A stretch of 64,000 nt of DNA, taken from an uncultured Prochlorococcus sp. (GTDB taxonomy: Bacteria; Cyanobacteriota; Cyanobacteriia; PCC-6307; Cyanobiaceae). Of the stretch, positions 55,991-64,000 are shown in pieces. Under the pieces are notes generated by a model. The model made no database searches, was not told the origin of the DNA, and saw nothing but the letters and a program-made list of their open reading frames with translations. Location of the stretch: the NCBI GenBank assembly GCA_902574425.1, contig CACGNA010000002.1, positions 2,593 through 66,592 on the forward strand, read 5' to 3'. Positions within the stretch are counted from its first letter, which is position 1. The number at the start of each line of letters is the position of its first letter. Both the position numbers and the translations under genes were made by a program.

Positions 55991-57520
55991 ATGCCTTTAA
56001 GAGGACTGGCTAAAGCCAAGAACTTCACATTGGGGCCAACAGCTCCAATGAAAACTTTTACTGAAAATATTCATATACAAACTAAAGAATCAAATGACAT
56101 AAGAAATCCTGAAAAGTCTCATACATTAACTAATAATATTCAAAATGAAAATTTATATAGGTATGAAAGCAAAATAAAAAGTGACTTTGACGAAATTGTT
56201 CCAACTCTAAAGGAAATTGCCCGAATACAACATCATGAAGATTTTATAAATACGGCTCAGAAAATATCAAGAAAAAATTTGGGAATAGATTTACCCCTTC
56301 ATGTATTAGATAAATCTTGGGTTAAACCTATTGATATGAGAGCTCTATATGCATGGTGTGCTTTCAAACAACATGAGAAACTAAGTGACAATTTTTTTAA
56401 AAATGATCCTCTTGAAGGTGCTGCTGGGAGTAGAAGTGCGGAAGAGTTTGAAAAATTTCTTTTAGATTGTGGGATACATTTACTTGATATAACTCCTTGT
56501 TCTGATGGGCGATTAGCACATTCAGTAGCCTATGTTATGAGAATACCATTTAGTTCAGTAAGAAGAAGATCTCATGCTGGGGCACTGTTTGATATTGAAA
56601 ATACTGTTAATCGATGGGTAAAAACTGAACATAAAAGATATAGAGAGAATATACCTAATGAAGCTCATAAAGATACTAGATACTTAAAAGTTGTGACTTA
56701 TCATTTTAGCTCTGTGGATCCTTTTCATCAGGGATGCGCAGCTCATGGGAGTAATGACGAATTAGCTGCAGAAGAAGGTAGAAATAGACTATATGCTTTC
56801 AAAGAGTCTGTAGAGAACAGCTTTTGCTGCGGAGCTTCTGTGGATTTAATGTTGATTGGACTTGATACAGACACTGATTCATTGAAAATACATTTGTCAA
56901 CTAGCGATGGAGGTATAGATTTAAAAAAAACTATTTCTACTTTAGAAATTTATAATTCAACAATAAACTTTTCAAATGAGGATGCAGAGAGAGAAATCTG
57001 TCAGACAATTTCTAAGCAATCTTCCAAAGATAAACTCCAAGGAATAGAAAAATTTATCTATAGATTAGTAGTCAATAATATTTCTCAAATTGATTATGTG
57101 AAGAATTTTTATAATGGTTCATATGAAGATATTGGTCATGCAGAGAGGTTTATTGGAGTTGGTATAGGTTTCAAAGAAGTACATCTCAGAAATTTAACTT
57201 ATTTTTCTCATTTAGATACTGTCGAAGAAGGGGCGCCAGATTTAGATGTAGGAGTGAAAATTTTTACTGGATTAAATGTTTCAAAAGATCTACCTATTCC
57301 AGTAGTAATAAGATTTGATTACTCTGGCAAAGTACCCGGAGCAAAAGAGAGGGCAATAAAAGATTGTGAAAGAGTGAACAATGCGATATCAATTAGATAT
57401 AAAAATTTAGTTGATCAAGGTTTGTTGCATACTTGCTCTACTATTAGAGATAGGGACAAAATTCATTCCGCCCAAATTATTGGAATGTCTTTAGATAAAA
57501 AAACAGAGGAGGCTCACTAG
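55991..57520 (+). CDS. csoS3: Carboxysomal carbonic anhydrase CsoSCA
   Basis: PCSDGRL, HFS....HQGCAAH zinc ligands, GHAERFI. Confidence 0.95.
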   Translation: MPLRGLAKAKNFTLGPTAPMKTFTENIHIQTKESNDIRNPEKSHTLTNNIQNENLYRYESKIKSDFDEIVPTLKEIARIQHHEDFINTAQKISRKNLGIDLPLHVLDKSWVKPIDMRALYAWCAFKQHEKLSDNFFKNDPLEGAAGSRSAEEFEKFLLDCGIHLLDITPCSDGRLAHSVAYVMRIPFSSVRRRSHAGALFDIENTVNRWVKTEHKRYRENIPNEAHKDTRYLKVVTYHFSSVDPFHQGCAAHGSNDELAAEEGRNRLYAFKESVENSFCCGASVDLMLIGLDTDTDSLKIHLSTSDGGIDLKKTISTLEIYNSTINFSNEDAEREICQTISKQSSKDKLQGIEKFIYRLVVNNISQIDYVKNFYNGSYEDIGHAERFIGVGIGFKEVHLRNLTYFSHLDTVEEGAPDLDVGVKIFTGLNVSKDLPIPVVIRFDYSGKVPGAKERAIKDCERVNNAISIRYKNLVDQGLLHTCSTIRDRDKIHSAQIIGMSLDKKTEEAH

Positions 57521-57522
57521 TT

Positions 57523-57780
57523 ATGTTAATTTGTAAGGTTGTAAAACCACTTGTTTCTACCAATAGGATTCCTGGTTTTGAACATAAGCATCTGCAGGTT
57601 GTATTAGATGGTTCTTCTAATAAAGTTGCAGTAGATGCTGTTGGCTGTAAGCCAGGAGACTGGGTAATTTGTGTTGGAAGTTCTGCTGCTAGAGAAGCTG
57701 CAGGAAGCAAATCTTATCCAAGTGATTTAACGATTGTTGGAATAATAGATCATTGGGATCCTGATAATTCAAAAAACTAG
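57523..57780 (+). CDS. csoS4A: Carboxysome vertex pentamer CsoS4A
   Basis: LVSTNRI, VAVDAVG, GSSAAR, DLTIVGIID. Confidence 0.95.
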   Translation: MLICKVVKPLVSTNRIPGFEHKHLQVVLDGSSNKVAVDAVGCKPGDWVICVGSSAAREAAGSKSYPSDLTIVGIIDHWDPDNSKN

Positions 57781-57793
57781 GAGGATAGAAATT

Positions 57794-58042
57794 ATGGAAA
57801 TAATGAAGGTATTAGGAAGAATGGTATGTACTCAAAGAGTCGCTGGCTTAGGTCATATGAATTTACGAATTTTGGAAAATAATAAGGGAAAGAAATTAGT
57901 TGCTGTTGATCCTGTTGGCGCTAGAGAAGGTAACTGGGTTTTTACTGCTAGTGGCTCTGCTGCGAGATTTGCTTGCCCTAATCCAGAAGTTCAAACCGAT
58001 TTAACTATTGGCGGTATTATTGATTATTGGGAGAATGATTAA
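57794..58042 (+). CDS. csoS4B: Carboxysome vertex pentamer CsoS4B
   Basis: VCTQR, VAVDPVG, SGSAAR, TDLTIGGIID; SD GGAGG. Confidence 0.95.
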   Translation: MEIMKVLGRMVCTQRVAGLGHMNLRILENNKGKKLVAVDPVGAREGNWVFTASGSAARFACPNPEVQTDLTIGGIIDYWEND

Positions 58043-58116
58043 ATACTTCAACTAAAAAATGTTATTGATGAACTTTATTAAATGTATAGTGTAATTAATA
58101 CTGAATAAAGAATTTA

Positions 58117-58356
58117 ATGTGGAATGAAAGAGAATCACCTTTGAGAATTGAAAAAAGATTTGAATTTGAGGAATACTCAAAAATAAGTAAATTCATCGGG
58201 AAAATTGAGAAATTATGTAAAGAAAAGGATATCTATCCAAATATCAGTTTTGGTAAAAACTTTGTTAGTCTTTCAATATTTTTAGATAGTAAAGAAATAT
58301 CTACTAAGGAAAAAGACTTTTCAAAGGATATAGATAAATTTTATTTAGAAGATTAA
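58117..58356 (+). CDS. Pterin-4a-carbinolamine-dehydratase-like Rubisco assembly factor (acRAF/Raf2 type)
   Basis: W..R..P.RIEKRFEF..Y and YPNISFG; immediately after csoS4B. Confidence 0.75.
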   Translation: MWNERESPLRIEKRFEFEEYSKISKFIGKIEKLCKEKDIYPNISFGKNFVSLSIFLDSKEISTKEKDFSKDIDKFYLED

Positions 58357-58360
58357 TCCT

Positions 58361-58588
58361 TTAATAATTATTGGGCTTAGCAATATCTCTTTTGATTAAA
58401 GCCATTAAATATGTAGGGGCTTTATATCTTCCTGGTAGACATCTATTTAAAGTTTCCAGATGCCCCCAGCATACTGTCTTTTCTATATCTTTAACTGAGT
58501 TACCTTTTAATATTAATAGTCTTAGAGCTTTACAAAATAAGGGATAGCCTGCTTCTAATTCATCTATATTAAGCTTTGCTGCTGACAT
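58361..58588 (-). CDS. DUF3136-family conserved picocyanobacterial protein
   Basis: ELEAGYPLFCKALR, RTVCW-like segment (KTVCW), LP.RYKAP. Confidence 0.75.
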   Translation of the reverse strand: MSAAKLNIDELEAGYPLFCKALRLLILKGNSVKDIEKTVCWGHLETLNRCLPGRYKAPTYLMALIKRDIAKPNNY

Positions 58589-58673
58589 AGACTAAAGAGG
58601 AATAACCAATTAATAATCTATACAAATATGGTGCAGATTTGGATCATATTTCAAATTTCTCAATAATTAGAAA

Positions 58674-59066
58674 TTAATCTAGAAATGCAACGCAATCTAT
58701 TTCAACTAAAACTCCTTTAGGTAGAGATGAAACTTCCACACAGGCCCTTGCTGGAGGATGCTCTACATTGAAAAAATCACTATATATTTTATTGACAATT
58801 TGAAAATTACTGAGGTCGGTTAAGTAAATATTTGTTTTTATTACATCCTCTATTTTTGCTCCACCAGCTTTAAGAACTGCTGCGAGATTTTTCAAAACTT
58901 GAATAGTTTCCTTCTCTATATCACCTAAACATGTTATTTCATTTAAAGCTGGGTCTATAGCAATTTGACCAGAACAATAGATAAAATCCCCAGCTTTTAT
59001 TGCTTGATTATAAGGTCCTACTGGATTTGGAGCATTTGATGTTTTAATTACTTGTTTGGGGGACAT
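58674..59066 (-). CDS. RidA-family enamine/imine deaminase
   Basis: GPYNQA, SGQI, N..Y, PARA, LPKG..VEI. Confidence 0.92.
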   Translation of the reverse strand: MSPKQVIKTSNAPNPVGPYNQAIKAGDFIYCSGQIAIDPALNEITCLGDIEKETIQVLKNLAAVLKAGGAKIEDVIKTNIYLTDLSNFQIVNKIYSDFFNVEHPPARACVEVSSLPKGVLVEIDCVAFLD

Positions 59067-59090
59067 TTGTTTAAGAAGATACCTATCTAT

Positions 59091-59831
59091 TTAAACCCAT
59101 AAATCTTTATTTGCTCTTAAAAAAGTAAATTCTTCTAGATTTTTTGCTCTTAAGAAAAGGTTTATTTTCATCTCTTCATCAAGTAAAAATGGAATTGTCA
59201 ATTCATTAAGAGAAAGCTTTTTTTCAACTTCCGAAAGTTTATTTTTTATATCTTGATCTTTTGGTTTGAGATTCAAGGCCCACAATATATTTGCCTTTGT
59301 ATATTCATGTGCACAATATATGAGAGTATTTTTTGGTAAAGATTTGATTCTTTCTAGTGAAGAATACATTTGTTGATAAGTTCCCTCAAAAATTCTTCCA
59401 CAGCCTCCAGAAAATAATGTGTCACCAATAAAAAGAACAGGATTTTCCCCATTCAAAAAGAAGGCAATGTGTGTGCTTGTATGTCCTAATACTTCAATTA
59501 TTTTTACTTCTTGACCTAAAATATTCAAAGTTTCTCCATCTTCTACAGATATATTTTGAAAAGGTATTCGCTTTTTTTCTTTGGAGGAAGCAATCACCTT
59601 TACATTTGGCCATCTTTCAATAAGAGACTTGGTCCCTCCAATATGGTCTGAATGATGATGAGTTTGCAAAATAGCTTCTAAGTGAAAATTGTTTTCATTT
59701 ATATATCTAATAACTGGTTCGTGAACAGATGGATCTACAACCACAACGGATTTATCTTTTACCAACAACCAAATGACGTTATCACTTAAAACTCTAAGTC
59801 CGATTATATTTCGAGCTTTATTAAATTCCAT
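59091..59831 (-). CDS. gloB: Hydroxyacylglutathione hydrolase (glyoxalase II); start re-called at 59831
   Basis: [28 protein letters not shown]; the longer track ORF overlaps hisG. Confidence 0.92.
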   Translation of the reverse strand: MEFNKARNIIGLRVLSDNVIWLLVKDKSVVVVDPSVHEPVIRYINENNFHLEAILQTHHHSDHIGGTKSLIERWPNVKVIASSKEKKRIPFQNISVEDGETLNILGQEVKIIEVLGHTSTHIAFFLNGENPVLFIGDTLFSGGCGRIFEGTYQQMYSSLERIKSLPKNTLIYCAHEYTKANILWALNLKPKDQDIKNKLSEVEKKLSLNELTIPFLLDEEMKINLFLRAKNLEEFTFLRANKDLWV

Positions 59832-59871
59832 TATTAACTTAGAATGAAGAATCCTTGGAAGAAATTGATCT

Positions 59872-60510
59872 ATGTTTACTATAGCTTTACCAAAAGGAGC
59901 TTTGTTAAAAGATTCAATTTCAACTTTTAAAAGAGCTGGGTTAGATTTCTCTGATGCGTTGGACGAAAATAATAGATCATTAACCTTTGAATCTAATTGC
60001 AAACGGGCAAAAGCTTTATTAGTAAGAAATGGAGATGTGCCTGTTTATGTAAGTTATGGTCAGGCTGATTTGGGTATTGTTGGGTATGACGTTTTACGAG
60101 AATCTGAATTAAAAGTCGCAAAGTTATTAGATTTAGGGTTTGGTGGTTGTCATATGTCGTTGGCGGTTAAGAAAAATAGCAATTATTCAAAACCAACTGA
60201 TCTTCCAGCGAATTGTAAAGTAGCAAGTAAATTTATGAAAACAGCAAGATCTTATTTTGAAGAATTAAATATTCCTGTAGAAATAGTTCATTTGACAGGG
60301 TCAGTCGAGCTTGGTCCTATTACAGGTATGGCAGAGGCAATAGTTGATTTGGTGGCAACTGGAAAGACTCTTAAAGAGAATGGTTTAATTAAAATAGATG
60401 ATCTTTACTATTCGACTGCAAGACTAATTGGAAATCCTTTATCTATGAGGTTAGATGATAATCATCTCAGAGATACTATTTTATCAATAGAATCAACTAA
60501 TGCTTTATAG
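59872..60510 (+). CDS. hisG: ATP phosphoribosyltransferase, short form
   Basis: [42 protein letters not shown]. Confidence 0.95.
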   Translation: MFTIALPKGALLKDSISTFKRAGLDFSDALDENNRSLTFESNCKRAKALLVRNGDVPVYVSYGQADLGIVGYDVLRESELKVAKLLDLGFGGCHMSLAVKKNSNYSKPTDLPANCKVASKFMKTARSYFEELNIPVEIVHLTGSVELGPITGMAEAIVDLVATGKTLKENGLIKIDDLYYSTARLIGNPLSMRLDDNHLRDTILSIESTNAL

Positions 60511-60522
60511 AAGATTAGCTAA

Positions 60523-62319
60523 ATGTTTTTTAAAGATTTTAGAAGGATTAAAAAGTTAGGTAAATATTTAACTAAAGATAAAAAAACAATCTATCTAATC
60601 TTGATAGTTTTGTTACCTGTTTCTTTCTCTGGAGCTATTCAACCATTATTAGTTGGTCAAGCAATTACCATTCTCAAGAACGAAACTACAGATGTTTGGC
60701 TAAGTAAAACTTTTTTTGGGCAGTCAATAAATGCCATAATCCTAACTTTATTTATAACTGTTCTATTTAGGTTGGTTTTGCAAGGATACCAAACTTACAA
60801 TATCCAAGCTGTGGGTCAACGTTTGACAGCAAGGATAAGAAGAGAACTTTTTGATCATTCAATATCTTTATCTCTTAAGTATCACGATAAAATGCCTGTA
60901 GGTAAATTATTAACGAGATTAACAAATGATGTTGATGCTTTAGCCGAGGTTTTTGGTAGTGGAGCCGTTGGAGTGATTGCTGACTTTGTAAGTCTAATAG
61001 TAATTTCTTTGACAATGCTTTCAATTGATCGAGGGCTTGCCATCTTATTGTTATTGACTCAGATTCCAGTTTCATATTTCATTATTTGGCTTCAAAAACG
61101 CTATAGAAAGGCCAATTATCAAGTAAGAGAAGAGTTGTCTCAACTCAACTCTGATTTTCAAGAAAATCTTCAAGGTCTAGAAGTTGTTCAGATGTTTAGA
61201 AGAGAAGCTTTTAATAGTAAGAAATTTTCTAATACTGGAGTTGCTTACAAAAAAGCAGTAAATGGAACTATATTTTATGACAGCAGCATTTCAGCATTTA
61301 TAGAGTGGATTTCGCTTGCCGCAGTTTCCTTGGTTTTAGCAGTTGGAGGTTATCTTGTTACCTCTGGAAATATTGGTTTAGGGACATTAACAACTTTCAT
61401 TTTATATTCTCAAAGACTTTTTGAACCCTTAAGGCAGCTTGCAGAGAGATTTACTCAGATTCAAGGAGGCCTTACAGCTGTTGAGAGAATAAATGAATTA
61501 TTAGATGAAGAAATTCAAATTAAAGACTCAATTTCTGCAAAGAATTTTTCAAAAGATGTTCAAACTACAAATAAGGAATTTAAGGGTAAGATTGAATTCA
61601 AGAATGTTAATTTCTTCTACAAAGAGGGAGAACATATTATAAAGAATCTATCTTTTTTGATCAATCCTGGAGAGCATGTAGCTTTTGTAGGACCAACTGG
61701 TTCTGGTAAAACAACAATAATTAGATTGTTATGTAGATTGTATGAACCTCAATCAGGTGAAATTTTAATTGATGACATAAATATAAAAGATATTCCTTTA
61801 GCAACCCTTAGAAATATGTTGGGAGTAGTTCTACAAGATACTTTTATCTTTAGTGGAAATGTTGCTGATAATTTGAAACTAAATGCCAATATAGACAACC
61901 TTGAATTAGAAAATCTTTGTACAGAATTAGGTTTGGAAAATTTGTTAAAAAAATTACCAGAGGGTTTGAACACTTTTCTAAGAGAAAGAGGTGGAAATCT
62001 CTCTTCCGGCGAAAGACAACTTCTTTCAGTAGCAAGAGTAGCGATTAGAAATCCGATTATTTTAATAATGGACGAAGCTACAGCATTTATGGATCCCTCT
62101 ACAGAGGCTACTTTGCAGAAGGATCTTGAGAGAATCCTGTCAAAAAGAACAGCATTAGTAATAGCTCACAGACTCGCAACTATTGAAAGTTCTGATAAGA
62201 TTTTAGTTTTAAAAGGGGGATCATTAGTTGAGGAGGGAACACATAGTGAATTAAGACTGAAAAAAGGGTTATATTTTCAGCTCTCTGAACTTCAACAAAA
62301 AGGATTTGCGAATTTTTAA
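60523..62319 (+). CDS. ABC exporter, fused permease/ATPase
   Basis: TM domain; GPTGSGKT, LSSGERQ, MDEAT, IAHRL. Confidence 0.93.
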   Translation: MFFKDFRRIKKLGKYLTKDKKTIYLILIVLLPVSFSGAIQPLLVGQAITILKNETTDVWLSKTFFGQSINAIILTLFITVLFRLVLQGYQTYNIQAVGQRLTARIRRELFDHSISLSLKYHDKMPVGKLLTRLTNDVDALAEVFGSGAVGVIADFVSLIVISLTMLSIDRGLAILLLLTQIPVSYFIIWLQKRYRKANYQVREELSQLNSDFQENLQGLEVVQMFRREAFNSKKFSNTGVAYKKAVNGTIFYDSSISAFIEWISLAAVSLVLAVGGYLVTSGNIGLGTLTTFILYSQRLFEPLRQLAERFTQIQGGLTAVERINELLDEEIQIKDSISAKNFSKDVQTTNKEFKGKIEFKNVNFFYKEGEHIIKNLSFLINPGEHVAFVGPTGSGKTTIIRLLCRLYEPQSGEILIDDINIKDIPLATLRNMLGVVLQDTFIFSGNVADNLKLNANIDNLELENLCTELGLENLLKKLPEGLNTFLRERGGNLSSGERQLLSVARVAIRNPIILIMDEATAFMDPSTEATLQKDLERILSKRTALVIAHRLATIESSDKILVLKGGSLVEEGTHSELRLKKGLYFQLSELQQKGFANF

Positions 62320-62849
62320 TGATTTTTAGAAACCAAGGCTCATCAATAAAGAAATCGAACAGTATATCGAGAGATGAACTTGTAAATATCTATGGTTTCA
62401 ATTCTTATGAATTCACTCAAAAAAATAAGGAAGAAATTTTTGTATGTAGTAAAAGTAAAGAGTTAGATCTAATAGAGTTAGATCAACTTTTGCAAACTGT
62501 TGGTTGGAGCAGACGACCAATCAGGAGAGTTAAAAGAGCTTTGGATTTTAGTATTTTGGTGGTTGGTTTGTGGCGTCATGACGATAAATTCCCTAGGCTA
62601 GTAGGCTTTGCAAGATGCACTGGTGATGGAATTCTCGAAGCAACAGTTTGGGATGTGGCGGTTAATCCTGTTTATCAAGGACTAGGATTGGGGAAAGAAT
62701 TAATGAAATATATCCTAAAAGAATTAAAAAATATTGGCATTTCAAAAGTTACTCTTTTTGCTGATGCAGAAGTGGTTTCATTTTACAAAAGACAAGGTTG
62801 GATTTTAGAACCAAGAGGCTCTAAATGCGCTTTTTGGTATGCAAATTAA
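62319..62849 (+). CDS. GNAT acetyltransferase (Ycf52-like)
   Basis: VGWSRRP, GFARCTGD, WDVAV.P.YQGLGLG. Confidence 0.88.
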   Translation: MIFRNQGSSIKKSNSISRDELVNIYGFNSYEFTQKNKEEIFVCSKSKELDLIELDQLLQTVGWSRRPIRRVKRALDFSILVVGLWRHDDKFPRLVGFARCTGDGILEATVWDVAVNPVYQGLGLGKELMKYILKELKNIGISKVTLFADAEVVSFYKRQGWILEPRGSKCAFWYAN

Positions 62850-63532
62850 TTATTTTTGTAGTAGTCAGAATATATAGATTTTGTCGATTCGCCTTTTAAC
62901 CATCTTTTTCTAAAACTCCAGTTCTTGATTGCTTGGAGAAAAATATTACTTCTTTCCCATTTCCTTGAACTTGTAAAAAGAGGTAAATTTAATTGCTTTA
63001 AATCTTTTTTCTTATTTAATCGCCTTAAAAAATCTATGTCCTCCATTAAAGAAATCTTTCTAAAACCATTATTCTTAAGATAAATAGATCTATGAATAAT
63101 TAAACCTTGGTCTCCATACGGTTCTTTGAAATATTTACTTCTAAAATTAACAAGTATCTCGAGGACTCTGTAAATTATCTTTTTGTCATTAACTTTAAAT
63201 TTAAAATAGTAAATATAATTTTCATCTCCCTTTAAAACCGAGTTTATTTTTGTAAACCAATCATGAGTTAATCTAGTGTCAGCATGTAAAAATATGAGCC
63301 AGTCTCCTTTTGATTTTTTAGCACCCATATCTAATTGTAAACCTCGATTTCTTTCTTTGGATTTATATACTTTAGCCCCATAAATATTAGCTACATCAAT
63401 AGTTTTATCTTTACTACCGCCGTCAACAATAATTATTTCCCCCTGTTTCTGAATAATAGATAAGTCTGAAAGCAATAATGGCAAATTATTTGCTTCATTT
63501 ATAGTTGGAATGATAATTGAGATTTTAGACAA
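62846..63532 (-). CDS. Family 2 glycosyltransferase (TIGR04283-like)
   Basis: SIIIPTINE, VDGGS.D, FLHADT, PYGDQG, MED, TSSRKW. Confidence 0.85.
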   Translation of the reverse strand: MSKISIIIPTINEANNLPLLLSDLSIIQKQGEIIIVDGGSKDKTIDVANIYGAKVYKSKERNRGLQLDMGAKKSKGDWLIFLHADTRLTHDWFTKINSVLKGDENYIYYFKFKVNDKKIIYRVLEILVNFRSKYFKEPYGDQGLIIHRSIYLKNNGFRKISLMEDIDFLRRLNKKKDLKQLNLPLFTSSRKWERSNIFLQAIKNWSFRKRWLKGESTKSIYSDYYKNN

Positions 63533-63537
63533 GTTGA

Positions 63538-64000
63538 TTACTTTCTATTTTCAATATCAACTATTGTATCTATATCTATTTTTTTATCTAAAAACTTATA
63601 TTGCAATTTTATGGAGGCAAAATTATCAATTGTTTTTTGAAGAACATTCTCTTTACTCCACTTAATATTTATAAAAGGTAAATGTAGATGTTTAGATATT
63701 ATTTTTTCTGATAAACCAATAAGCCAATAACCTCCATCATTTGATGGTCCTAAAATAAGATCATTTTGTTTTAACTCTTTGATAGTATTCAATAAATCTA
63801 GATGGCATAAATCTGGTAGGTCAGTACCAATAAAAATAATATTTTTTATTTTATTTTGAGTACAAAATTTTTTGTTGATAATTATTTGCCTTTTCATTTT
63901 TTCTCCCAAGCAGCCTTTTCCCTGTAAATTAAACATTTTAACGCCTAATTCTTTAGAGAATCTTCTACAACTTTTTTTCCCTAAACCAGATATAGCTATA
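63538..64000 (-). CDS. DUF2064/TIGR04282-like transferase, 5' truncated by window edge
   Basis: Frame open to the window end; QG.G.LGE.M, IGTDLP, GPS.DGGYWLIG, DIDT..D. Confidence 0.85.
   Translation of the reverse strand, partial: IAISGLGKKSCRRFSKELGVKMFNLQGKGCLGEKMKRQIIINKKFCTQNKIKNIIFIGTDLPDLCHLDLLNTIKELKQNDLILGPSNDGGYWLIGLSEKIISKHLHLPFINIKWSKENVLQKTIDNFASIKLQYKFLDKKIDIDTIVDIENRK

Noticed and set aside
59832-60002. N-terminal extension of gloB in the ORF track
   Set aside because: It overlaps hisG on the opposite strand; glyoxalase II homology starts near Met at 59831.

Overview
Low-GC, densely coded core-genome segment of a marine picocyanobacterium, most likely a high-light Prochlorococcus marinus. 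Form IA Rubisco, a minimal alpha-carboxysome operon and the gene order resemble the MED4 region around ado/aar and csoS1-rbcL. About 70 CDS: housekeeping genes (hemC, sigA, priA, argB, purA, proS, frr, pyrH, ilvB, accA, folE, trpF, hisG), cobalamin/tetrapyrrole genes (cobK, cobO, hemH, por, chlLBN), the alkane pathway (ado-aar) and the cso locus (csoS1D, ham1-like, csoS1, rbcLS, csoS2, csoSCA, csoS4AB, acRAF-like). I saw no rRNA, tRNA, CRISPR, IS element, prophage or genomic island. Main observations: (1) a sense-oriented motif, (GTT)GAACATTCCACA, at the predicted transcript start of sigA and twice upstream of the carboxysome operon, once inside a GC-rich, potentially switch-like element; (2) pgeF appears to start at a non-canonical ATT codon behind a perfect AGGAGG; (3) several enzyme homologues have altered catalytic or specificity motifs (second PPase, M50 protease, carboxysome-linked Ham1, SNase-like protein); (4) a solitary XisA/XisC-like tyrosine recombinase; (5) psaM, which the ORF track missed. 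All family calls come from motif recognition by eye; no database search was run.
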